From: Methanothermobacter thermautotrophicus str. Delta H
GTDB lineage: Archaea > Methanobacteriota > Methanobacteria > Methanobacteriales > Methanothermobacteraceae
Length of the DNA stretch: 32,000 nt
Reading direction: 5' to 3'
NCBI RefSeq assembly: GCF_000008645.1
Contig: NC_000916.1
Span: forward strand, 1,380,001-1,412,000
The translations under genes and the position numbers were made by a program. A model generated the notes under the pieces. The model searched no databases, was not told the origin of the DNA, and saw only the letters and a list, made by a program, of their open reading frames with translations. This document shows positions 1 through 7,882 of the stretch, in pieces. Positions within the stretch are counted from its first letter, which is position 1. Each line of letters starts with the position of its first letter.

Positions 1-26
1 AGGGATACTAATTTATAGGGCCAGGA
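1..26 (+). repeat. Copy A of a 26/27-nt direct repeat (AGGGATACTAATTTAT-AGGGCCAGGA). It contains a TATA-like AATTTATA about 25 nt upstream of the ATGs at 40/43.
   Basis: Aligned by eye to 735-761: 16 identical nt, a 1-nt indel, then 10 nt with one mismatch. Confidence 0.85.
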
Positions 27-39
27 GTATGTAAGGGAC

Positions 40-297
40 ATGATGAGGAGAATAAAAAAAGAAAAGAGGAGGTCAGCGGAGGAGGAGTGGATCATCCTCA
101 AAAGGCAAATCTACAGGTTAAGTGTGGAGGCGGGTTGGCCCCTGGAGTACATCCTAGAGATGCCATACTCCTCCTTCACGGAGTGCCTGCTATCATTCCA
201 GGACCCGCCCAGGCAGGGGCCAGCAGTGAGGGATGTTGAAGCGGAACTGGATAGACTAAAAGAACTCAACTACAAGAGTATGCGATCGAGGATATAG
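40..297 (+). CDS. Hypothetical small basic protein (85 aa).
   Basis: ORF directly downstream of repeat copy A, whose TATA spacing suggests a leaderless mRNA. Lys/Arg-rich N-terminus. No family recognised. The 3' end overlaps the convergent 270-671 gene by 28 nt. Confidence 0.4.
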   Translation: MMRRIKKEKRRSAEEEWIILKRQIYRLSVEAGWPLEYILEMPYSSFTECLLSFQDPPRQGPAVRDVEAELDRLKELNYKSMRSRI

Positions 298-671
298 AGG
301 ACCATGAAGAAGGGGAGAGTCATGGTAGATGGTACATGCCATAAAAGACTTGATAGGATTAAGATGAGCGCTGTGCCTAGAGAGAAGATCCATGCGATGA
401 CTGCAATGACCTTGGTCATGAATGGGGCATCATCGAAGGATGTGTCCTTCCCATTGAACCATAGTATCACCGCTAAAGCAATGCCACCCAATGTGAGTTC
501 TGAGAATCCTATGAAGCCGTAGGGGATAGAGAACACTCCCACCCCTAGAGCTGTTCTCCTCAAGAATGTTTCCCTTTTGAGTTTTCCGCCGCATTCGCAG
601 ATGTAATCATCAGGGTCCTCCCCATCATTTAGGGTGTAGGTTTCCCCACATTCCTCACATTTCACCTTCAT
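270..671 (-). CDS. Zinc-ribbon membrane protein (133 aa), function unknown.
   Basis: N-terminal CxxC-x16-CxC (KCEECG...YICECGG) followed by about 3 hydrophobic helices. The antisense ORF 304-522 has no such features. Confidence 0.6.
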   Translation of the reverse strand: MKVKCEECGETYTLNDGEDPDDYICECGGKLKRETFLRRTALGVGVFSIPYGFIGFSELTLGGIALAVILWFNGKDTSFDDAPFMTKVIAVIAWIFSLGTALILILSSLLWHVPSTMTLPFFMVLYILDRILL

Positions 672-734
672 AGTAGAATATTATGTCTGAAGTATTATGT
701 AATCCTTACGGGGGAGTTGTATGGTTGATCATAC

Positions 735-761
735 AGGGATACTAATTTATTAGGGCCCGGA
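735..761 (+). repeat. Copy B of the 26/27-nt TATA-containing direct repeat, about 50 nt upstream of the ATG at 799.
   Basis: AGGGATACTAATTTATTAGGGCCCGGA versus positions 1-26. Confidence 0.85.
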
Positions 762-798
762 CTGAACTATGATTAATTAAAGAAATGGAGGTGCTGGT

Positions 799-1074
799 AT
801 GAGATGGTTAGCTCTTCTCATGCTCATGATATTTGTGGCGGGTTCATCGATAGGGACCTGCATGGCCCACTCAGGGGATACCCTGAAACCAGCCATGAAG
901 GGTAAGGCTGGTGGCGGGTTTAAGAGTTCATCAGGAAAACATATTGACCTCGACGACGATGATGATTCTGGTGGCGCTGATGATTCTGCAGGTGGGGACT
1001 GGCTATGGCTTCTTGTCCTTATCATTCTAATTGTTGTGATAGCTGTGCTGATTCTCATCTATCTGAGGCGATGA
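799..1074 (+). CDS. Small secreted or C-terminally anchored acidic protein (91 aa), function unknown.
   Basis: GGAGGTG SD at 787-793. N-terminal signal-like hydrophobic segment, a D-rich middle (DLDDDDDSGGADD) and a C-terminal TM helix followed by RR. Preferred over the antisense ORF 777-1058. Confidence 0.55.
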   Translation: MRWLALLMLMIFVAGSSIGTCMAHSGDTLKPAMKGKAGGGFKSSSGKHIDLDDDDDSGGADDSAGGDWLWLLVLIILIVVIAVLILIYLRR

Positions 1075-1176
1075 TAGACGAATGGCTGGCCGCGCCTTCG
1101 CTGTTTACAGACAGTAACTGGATGCTGATGGGTGGTGGAAACTTTGCCAGTGATTGATGAGTCCTGAGGGGATAGG

Positions 1177-2187
1177 ATGGTCCTTGTAATTGAGATCATA
1201 AGAAAGCATCTCCCAAGGGTCTTAAAGGTCCCGGCCACGCGCATACTCCTCCTTGTTCTTGCTGTGATCATCTACGGCACAGCAGGGTTCCATTTCATAG
1301 AGGGGGAGTCATGGACGGTTTCCCTCTACTGGACCTTTGTAACAATAGCAACTGTTGGTTACGGTGACTACAGTCCCTCAACGCCACTTGGAATGTACTT
1401 CACGGTAACCCTTATCGTACTTGGCATAGGGACCTTCGCGGTTGCAGTTGAAAGACTTTTAGAGTTCCTCATAAACAGGGAGCAGATGAAATTAATGGGG
1501 CTGATAGATGTGGCTAAATCAAGGCACGTGGTTATATGTGGCTGGAGTGAGAGTACCCTGGAGTGCCTCAGGGAACTCCGGGGGAGTGAGGTGTTTGTGC
1601 TTGCAGAGGATGAGAACGTCAGGAAGAAGGTCCTGAGGAGTGGGGCCAACTTTGTCCATGGGGACCCCACCAGGGTCTCTGACCTTGAAAAGGCCAATGT
1701 CAGGGGCGCGAGGGCGGTTATAGTGGACCTTGAATCTGACTCAGAGACCATACACTGCATACTTGGCATAAGGAAGATAGATGAATCTGTGAGGATCATA
1801 GCCGAGGCTGAGAGATATGAGAACATTGAGCAGTTGAGGATGGCGGGTGCTGATCAGGTGATATCCCCCTTTGTCATATCAGGGAGGCTGATGTCCAGGA
1901 GCATCGATGACGGCTATGAGGCTATGTTCGTACAGGATGTGCTTGCAGAGGAATCCACAAGGAGGATGGTTGAAGTCCCAATCCCTGAAGGGAGCAAACT
2001 TGAAGGAGTTTCAGTCCTTGACGCTGACATCCATGATGTGACAGGGGTAATTATAATCGGTGTGGGACGTGGAGATGAACTCATAATAGACCCTCCAAGG
2101 GATTACTCCTTCAGGGCAGGGGATATAATACTGGGCATAGGAAAACCAGAGGAGATTGAAAGGTTAAAGAATTACATCAGCGCCTGA
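1177..2187 (+). CDS. mthK: Calcium-gated potassium channel MthK: a 2-TM pore with a C-terminal RCK domain.
   Basis: TVGYGD selectivity filter, a Rossmann-type RCK domain (HVVICGWSE...), and a full-length match to the MthK sequence as I remember it. Confidence 0.97.
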
Positions 2188-2206
2188 AATTTCGGAATGA
2201 CATGAA

Positions 2207-2929
2207 TCAGGGGGATTCACCCGGCCAACGCACAGCTATTCTCCTTAGGGGATACACAAGGACTTTCTCATTGATATCAGTGGCCAGGGTGTAGGGTATT
2301 ACATTCACGCCTGCTTCATGGGCCCTTCTAAGTGCAGATGAAAACTCAGGATCCATTTCATGATTTGGAGAAAAGAAGCGTGCACTTCTGCCAAATACAA
2401 GGAAGAGTACACTGCTATGGTAACCCTCAGAGAGGGCGCGTTCCAGTTCCTCAACGTGTCTCCTGCCCCTCTCTGTGGGTGCGTCAGGGAAAAGCGCAAG
2501 GTTTTCCCTGACAAGGGTGCAGCCCTTGACCTCAACGAGCATCCTTTCATTTTCAGATGCCAGCAGAAAATCAATCCTGCTTCTGCCGAAGCTGCATTCC
2601 CTCTTTTCTATTCTGAAGCCACGAAACTCATCCACTGCTGAGGATTCTATTATACTGGCAGCCAGGTCACTGTGGAAGCCCGAGTTTACAAGCACCCACT
2701 CATCATCCCTCCTGAGGGCTATAACATCAAACTCTGTTTTCCGGTTTCCTGAGGAGGCTTTCCTCAGTATAACATCGTTTCCAGGTATCAGAAGTTCTCT
2801 GAGCCTTCCAGGGTCCCTCAGGTGGGCTAGCCGCCTCTCACCATCAACATAAACAGCCACTGTGAACCTGTTGGGCCTTTCAATGTAGCTTCCCCTTAAG
2901 GGGTTCTCTATGATCATGGCAACCATCAT
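2207..2929 (-). CDS. sfsA: SfsA-family protein (sugar fermentation stimulation protein homolog, nuclease-like fold).
   Basis: Typical SfsA N-terminus (YIERPNRF..., HLRDPGRL) and C-terminal PDAPTERGRRH motif. Length 240 aa. Confidence 0.85.
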   Translation of the reverse strand: MMVAMIIENPLRGSYIERPNRFTVAVYVDGERRLAHLRDPGRLRELLIPGNDVILRKASSGNRKTEFDVIALRRDDEWVLVNSGFHSDLAASIIESSAVDEFRGFRIEKRECSFGRSRIDFLLASENERMLVEVKGCTLVRENLALFPDAPTERGRRHVEELERALSEGYHSSVLFLVFGRSARFFSPNHEMDPEFSSALRRAHEAGVNVIPYTLATDINEKVLVYPLRRIAVRWPGESP

Positions 2930-3045
2930 TATATATGTAAGCTTCTAAATGAATATTAATCAATCCATGGATATGAATCATGGGATGGATTTGCATCATG
3001 GTTCCAGCCATGTTGCATAACCACAGACATTTGAGGTGACGTAAT

Positions 3046-4125
3046 TTGCATCCAAGACCCAGCCCAATAGCCGCATCACTCTACACACTCAGAGACCTTG
3101 ACGCTGACGTGATAATCCTTCACGGCCCCCATGGCTGCTGCTTCAGGACAGGGAGACTCCTTGAAACTGATGGAGTCCGTGTCCTAACAACTGCAATGTC
3201 AGAGCAGGACTTCATCTTCGGGGCATCCGATAAACTCACAGAGACCCTCAGGAAGGCATATGAAATGTTCTCCCCCAAACTTGTGGGTGTGGTGGGCACC
3301 TGTGCCAGTATGATAATCGGCGAGGACCTGAAGGAGGCTGTCCAGAGGGCGGGTATACCTGCAAGGGTCCTCGCCGTGGAATCCCATGGCGGCTTCGGTG
3401 AGGGTGATAACACTGAGGGTGCCATAATAGTCCTGGAGGCAGCTGCGGAGCAGGGTATAATCCCTGAAGAGGAGGCAGAGCGTCAGATAAAGATGCTGAA
3501 ACTCGCAACAGAAATTGAAAAGACAAGGGGCATGGCCCAGGGGAAATACATCCGCCCATCCTACGGCGATGATAAGGATGAGGTGGCTCTCAGGGTTCTT
3601 GAAGCCATAATGGAAGGTAGAAGGGTGGCCTTTGTCCTCAATGCCAAGAAGGAGACATCCTACCTCTTTGCCGATACACTGACACTGCCCTTCGGGTCAC
3701 TGAACCCTGATAACCCCCCCATTATAATCGCGAATCTTGATAAGGGTATTGGCCTTCCAAGGATACGGAGGCATGCAGAGAACATACTCTCAGAGATAGA
3801 GAGGAGCGGTAACAGGGTGGAGCATATAACAGGTGGACTTGATGAATACCCCATAACCGGTGCAAGGGCTGCAGAAATTTTAAGGAATGAGGAAATAGAG
3901 TTTGCAGTCGTTTCAGGGGTTCCCCATGCACTCCCAGTGGAGGAACTGGGTCTTGAATCCGTTGCAGTTACCGACGGGCCCAGACTGGTGGAGCCACTCA
4001 GGGGACTGGGTTACACCCATGTGGTGGCTGAACTTGATGCCCATGCAAGGACACTGGGACAGAGGAGCATAGTGGAATCTGATTTTGGAGATGCCCTTAG
4101 AAGAAACATTAAAAAGGTGATATGA
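3046..4125 (+). CDS. cfbD: Nitrogenase NifD/BchN-like oxidoreductase. Probably the Ni-sirohydrochlorin a,c-diamide reductive cyclase subunit CfbD (NflD) of coenzyme F430 biosynthesis.
   Basis: About 360 aa with a single oxidoreductase/nitrogenase component-1-like domain and an N-terminal HGPHGCC cluster-ligand motif. TTG start 6 nt after GAGGTGA (3033-3039). The methanogen context is consistent. Confidence 0.75.
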   Translation: MHPRPSPIAASLYTLRDLDADVIILHGPHGCCFRTGRLLETDGVRVLTTAMSEQDFIFGASDKLTETLRKAYEMFSPKLVGVVGTCASMIIGEDLKEAVQRAGIPARVLAVESHGGFGEGDNTEGAIIVLEAAAEQGIIPEEEAERQIKMLKLATEIEKTRGMAQGKYIRPSYGDDKDEVALRVLEAIMEGRRVAFVLNAKKETSYLFADTLTLPFGSLNPDNPPIIIANLDKGIGLPRIRRHAENILSEIERSGNRVEHITGGLDEYPITGARAAEILRNEEIEFAVVSGVPHALPVEELGLESVAVTDGPRLVEPLRGLGYTHVVAELDAHARTLGQRSIVESDFGDALRRNIKKVI

Positions 4126-5129
4126 TGGCTGAAACAGTTGGAATGATACTCTGCGGGGGATTCGGGAAACGTCTGAGACCCCTAACTGAGAAAATACCAA
4201 AACCACTCATCGAGATAAAGGAGGGCTACACCATCCTTGATAAACAGCTCTTTGACCTCAAAAATGCAGGCATAAACACGGTGTACCTCCTTACAGGTTT
4301 CCTTGGGGAAAGGATAGAGGAGAGGTATGGTGATAACTACAAGGGACTCAGAATAGAGTATGTAAGGGAGGAGAAACCACTGGGGACCCTTAACGCCATA
4401 AGGCTTGGAATGGAGGCCATAGATGGAGAGAAACAGTGCATAATAAGGAATGGGGATGTTGTGGCTGACCTCAATATAAAGAAGATGATACACCTGGGTG
4501 AGATGTCAGATTATCCCCTGACCATGTTCATAACCAGGATGCAGTCACCATATGGCATAGTTGAAACCAGCGGTGATAAGATAATAAACTTCAGAGAGAA
4601 ACCACTCCTTGACTATTACATCAACGCAGGGGTCTACTTCTCCAAGGGAAACCTTGACTTCGGTGACTTTGAGTCGGGGGACATCGAGAAGACACTCTTC
4701 CCCCTCATGGCAAAGGAGAACAAGCTGGGCTACTACAGGGAGGACGGTCTCTTCTGGATGGCCATCGACACCTCCAAAGAACTTGAGGAGATAAGGAAGG
4801 AGTACCGTAACCGGGAGGACAAGCCATGGGGCTATGAGAAGATCCTCATAAACACCGAGAAGTACCTCACAAAGGAGCTCTTCATAAGGGAGGGCTACAG
4901 GACATCATTCCATTACCATGAGGAGAAGGATGAGACCATGTACATAATCTCGGGTTCAGGTTACATAGAATTCGATAACCGGAAGGAGTACTTCAGCAAG
5001 AACGACACCATCCGCATAGAACCAGGGGAGAGGCACTCCATAGTGGCCATGGAGAACACCGTACTCCATGAGGTATCAACACCACACCTAAACGACACCG
5101 TGAGGGTCCAGGATTACTATACAAGGTGA
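4122..5129 (+). CDS. Sugar-phosphate nucleotidyltransferase (G1P/M1P NTP-transferase family) fused to a C-terminal cupin domain.
   Basis: N-terminal [11 protein letters not shown]...PKPL signature. C-terminal cupin with HYHEEKDE...GERH. The ATG overlaps the cfbD stop (ATGA). Confidence 0.8.
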   Translation: MMAETVGMILCGGFGKRLRPLTEKIPKPLIEIKEGYTILDKQLFDLKNAGINTVYLLTGFLGERIEERYGDNYKGLRIEYVREEKPLGTLNAIRLGMEAIDGEKQCIIRNGDVVADLNIKKMIHLGEMSDYPLTMFITRMQSPYGIVETSGDKIINFREKPLLDYYINAGVYFSKGNLDFGDFESGDIEKTLFPLMAKENKLGYYREDGLFWMAIDTSKELEEIRKEYRNREDKPWGYEKILINTEKYLTKELFIREGYRTSFHYHEEKDETMYIISGSGYIEFDNRKEYFSKNDTIRIEPGERHSIVAMENTVLHEVSTPHLNDTVRVQDYYTR

Positions 5130-5135
5130 GATCGC

Positions 5136-5732
5136 TTGATAGCCATCATAGACTATGGAAGCGGAAACCTCAGGAGCATAGCCAATGCATTCAGGAAGAT
5201 AGGGGCAGATGCCCTTGTGACATCAGATCCACAGATCCTTGAAGCCGCCGACGCACTCGTACTCCCGGGTGTCGGTGCATTTGGAAGTGCGATGGCCAAA
5301 CTCGAGGGTCTGAGGGAAACCCTGCTGGGGAACATCATGGATGGGAAACCCTTCCTGGGGATATGCCTGGGGCTACAGGTGCTCCTTTCAGAGAGCCAGG
5401 AATCTCCTGGTGTCCATGGTCTTGACCTTATACCGGGAAGGGTCATAAGAATACCACCAGGCAATAAGGTCCCCCATATGGGCTGGAACCAGCTGATAAT
5501 TGTGGAAGATTCACAGCTCCTTGAGGGTGCTGAGGATGAGTACTTCTACTTCGTCCACTCCTACTATGCTGAACCCTCCAACGACGTGGTCGTTGCAAGG
5601 ACAGATTATGGGGTTGAAATGACAGCGGCCATCGAATCCGATAACATCCATGCAACCCAGTTCCACCCTGAAAAGAGCGGGGAAGCCGGACTGGATGTTC
5701 TAAGGAACTTTGTCGAAATAATCAGGGCATGA
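5136..5732 (+). CDS. hisH: Imidazole glycerol phosphate synthase glutamine amidotransferase subunit HisH (class I GATase).
   Basis: IAIIDYGSGNLRS, catalytic GICLG, PHMGWN, and HPEKS (His/Glu of the triad). TTG start 8 nt after AGGTGA. Confidence 0.92.
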   Translation: MIAIIDYGSGNLRSIANAFRKIGADALVTSDPQILEAADALVLPGVGAFGSAMAKLEGLRETLLGNIMDGKPFLGICLGLQVLLSESQESPGVHGLDLIPGRVIRIPPGNKVPHMGWNQLIIVEDSQLLEGAEDEYFYFVHSYYAEPSNDVVVARTDYGVEMTAAIESDNIHATQFHPEKSGEAGLDVLRNFVEIIRA

Positions 5733-7117
5733 AAGGATCAGTGAGAGGTTGGATAATGGATATAGAGGGATTTGTAAGGCGAAACATGGATTCCATGGAT
5801 GAGGAGTCACTCAGGAACGCACTGGCTGACCTTATACTGGAATTCAAGGATACAGACAGGGAAACATCCATCCGGATGGCGGACGCGGTTATCTATGAGG
5901 TTAAGAATACCCTTAAAACCGGTGGACTCGACGATGGCCTCAGGACCATAATATCATACCCCCCTGCAGGGGTTGGAATGGGTGAGATGGGGGTCGGGTC
6001 CCGGGGTGAGGGCGACTTTTTTGTCCACAGGAAGATCGCAGATATCGTTTCAAGCACAGGGACACGTTCATTCATAAATCCTGAGGCACAGGATGATGGT
6101 GGCGTCGTAAGGACTGAAACAGGAAGTGGGGACGTATACATAACAACCGCAGTGGACGGGATACACTCACGCCTAAGCGAATACCCCTTCCTCGGGGGCT
6201 TCCATGTCACCAGGGCAGCCCTGAGGGATGTGTGTGTGATGGGTTCAAGGCCCGTGGCCCTCATAAGCGACCTCCACCTTGCAGATGATGGTGACGTCGG
6301 TAAACTATTTGACTTCACTGCAGGGGTTGCAGCAGTATCAGAGCTCGTTGGCGTCCCGGTGGTCGCCGGGAGCACCCTGAGGGTCGGGGGTGACATGGTC
6401 CTTGGTGACAGGCTTGTCAGCGCAGTCGGGGCCATAGGCTTTTCAGAGACACCACCAACAGCCAGGAAGCGTGCAGAGCCCGGAGACGTCATACTCCTAA
6501 CAGAGGGGTCAGGAGGCGGGACAATAACCACAACCGCCATATACCATGGACTCTTCGATGTTGTATGGGAGACCCTTGACGTGAATTTCATAAGGGCCTC
6601 CGAGGCCATAATGGATTCAGGGCTCCTGGGCGATGTCCATGCAATGACAGACGTTACAAATGGTGGTCTGAGGGGAGATGCACATGAGATATCCTCAACA
6701 GCAGGGGTTGGACTGGAATTCGATGCCGATGCGGTCATGTCCATGATAAACCCCAGTGTCCTGAGGATGCTGCAGGACCTTGAAATTGACCCCCTCGGCG
6801 TCTCCATAGATTCGCTCATGATAATAGCCCCCGAGGACGTGGCCCCTGATGTTATGGATACCATAAGGGGTGCAGGCGTTGATGTTGCAGAAATAGGAAG
6901 GGTAACTGACTCAGGGGTCCCGGTTCTCCTGAGGGACGGTTCAGAGGAGGAACTCAGGCCACTCTTCCGTGAGGCAGCATACACCCAGATAAAGAAGATG
7001 GTGGGTGATAAAACACCCCAGGACTTTGAGGAGATGAAGAGGAAGGTTGAGGATGCTGCAAGGCGTGCCATAGAGAAGAAGGACATGGTGGTCCGGATGA
7101 TCTCCCGGGAGGATTAG
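5729..7117 (+). CDS. AIR-synthase-related (PurM/ThiL/HypE/SelD superfamily) ATP-binding protein with an N-terminal extension of about 100 aa. Specific function unknown.
   Basis: DDGGVV...AVDGIHS and ...GGD... motifs typical of the PurM N- and C-domains. The ATG overlaps the hisH stop (ATGA). Confidence 0.75.
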   Translation: MKGSVRGWIMDIEGFVRRNMDSMDEESLRNALADLILEFKDTDRETSIRMADAVIYEVKNTLKTGGLDDGLRTIISYPPAGVGMGEMGVGSRGEGDFFVHRKIADIVSSTGTRSFINPEAQDDGGVVRTETGSGDVYITTAVDGIHSRLSEYPFLGGFHVTRAALRDVCVMGSRPVALISDLHLADDGDVGKLFDFTAGVAAVSELVGVPVVAGSTLRVGGDMVLGDRLVSAVGAIGFSETPPTARKRAEPGDVILLTEGSGGGTITTTAIYHGLFDVVWETLDVNFIRASEAIMDSGLLGDVHAMTDVTNGGLRGDAHEISSTAGVGLEFDADAVMSMINPSVLRMLQDLEIDPLGVSIDSLMIIAPEDVAPDVMDTIRGAGVDVAEIGRVTDSGVPVLLRDGSEEELRPLFREAAYTQIKKMVGDKTPQDFEEMKRKVEDAARRAIEKKDMVVRMISRED

Positions 7118-7152
7118 ATCAGGAGAAAGGACAGCCTTCTTGAAGGGATATC

Positions 7153-7536
7153 ATGGATGATGGGGGCTACATATCCACAACCGACGCGGTTCTTGCACTC
7201 ACAGTGGTCTTCATAGTAACGGCATCCGTCATCAACACGGACCCCCCGCTGGTCACCCCTGAATCTCCGAAAGCAGGGGATGTCCTTGATGCCATGGCGT
7301 CCTATCCATCAGGTGAAAGCATACTGGATGGCCTTGCAGAGTCTCCTGACCCAACCATGGCATCGGATTTCCTCAACAGGACCCTTGAGGGGATGGACTA
7401 CAATCTCACAGCTGACAGGGGGACCGGTGAGGTTACCGTTGCATCCCGTGGTTCAATGGAGGATGCAGAAGACATAGACGTGGCTGTGAGGTCGCGGGGA
7501 AACGTCACCTTCAGACTCTATCTATGGAGATCCTGA
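7153..7536 (+). CDS. Hypothetical small protein with one N-terminal hydrophobic helix (possibly pilin-like or membrane-anchored).
   Basis: MDDGGYISTTDAVLALTVVFIVTA... followed by a soluble acidic domain. Last gene of the cfbD-led cluster. No family recognised. Confidence 0.45.
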   Translation: MDDGGYISTTDAVLALTVVFIVTASVINTDPPLVTPESPKAGDVLDAMASYPSGESILDGLAESPDPTMASDFLNRTLEGMDYNLTADRGTGEVTVASRGSMEDAEDIDVAVRSRGNVTFRLYLWRS

Positions 7537-7562
7537 TGCAAGACTTAAATACCTGCATGGAA

Positions 7563-7577
7563 AATTATTAATATAGG
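7563..7577 (+). promoter_or_regulatory. TATA-box-like element (AATTATTAATATAGG) for tRNA-Arg.
   Basis: An AT-rich TATA motif centred about 35 nt upstream of tRNA position 1, which matches archaeal promoter spacing. Confidence 0.6.
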
Positions 7578-7607
7578 ATGGTATAAACTACCCTTCACTC
7601 TCATTTT

Positions 7608-7679
7608 GCCCTGATAGTGTAGCGGATATCACGTAGGACTGCGGATCCTATTACCCGGGTTCAAGTCCCGGTCAGGGCA
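7608..7679 (+). tRNA. tRNA-Arg (anticodon GCG), 72 nt, no intron, CCA not encoded.
   Basis: Hand-folded cloverleaf. Acceptor GCCCTGA/TCAGGGC. Anticodon stem TAGGA/TCCTA with loop CTGCGGA. T arm CCGGG-TTCAAGT-CCCGG. Discriminator A. Confidence 0.9.
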
Positions 7680-7790
7680 CTCACCTTCACATTAAAATCC
7701 ACTGATTCTATTTAAAGGGCGAAACCATCAAGTAACTGCGTCCGTCCCAATGTACCGCCTGATCTGGAATCAGCGCTGGAAGCGGACCGT

Positions 7791-7808
7791 CAGCAAATCT
7801 TTTTTCAT
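7791..7808 (+). repeat. Copy 1 of an 18/19-nt direct repeat, CAGCAAATCTTT(T/A)TTTCAT.
   Basis: Matches 7841-7859 with 1 mismatch and 1 indel. The copy starts are exactly 50 bp apart. Confidence 0.8.
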
Positions 7809-7840
7809 TCTTGCTCTGATCATGTCGGGATGGAGATCAT

Positions 7841-7859
7841 CAGCAAATCTTTATTTCAT
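7841..7859 (+). repeat. Copy 2 of the 18/19-nt direct repeat, about 25 nt upstream of ATG 7883 (TATA-like CTTTATTT inside).
   Basis: See copy 1. Confidence 0.8.
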
Positions 7860-7882
7860 GGACGACAAACTAATGTCTGGAG

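Noticed and set aside
304-522. 72-aa plus-strand ORF.
   Set aside because: It is antisense to the zinc-ribbon membrane protein gene, which has coherent domain features. No SD or promoter is present.
777-1058. 93-aa minus-strand ORF overlapping the 799-1074 gene.
   Set aside because: The plus-strand frame has a GGAGGTG SD, a signal-like N-terminus and a C-terminal TM anchor. The minus frame has none of these.
5893-7086. 397-aa ORF on the minus strand, antisense to the PurM-like gene.
   Set aside because: It is a shadow ORF. Its composition is extremely Ser/Thr/Pro/Ala-rich with no motifs, whereas the plus-strand frame has clear PurM-superfamily motifs and operon context.
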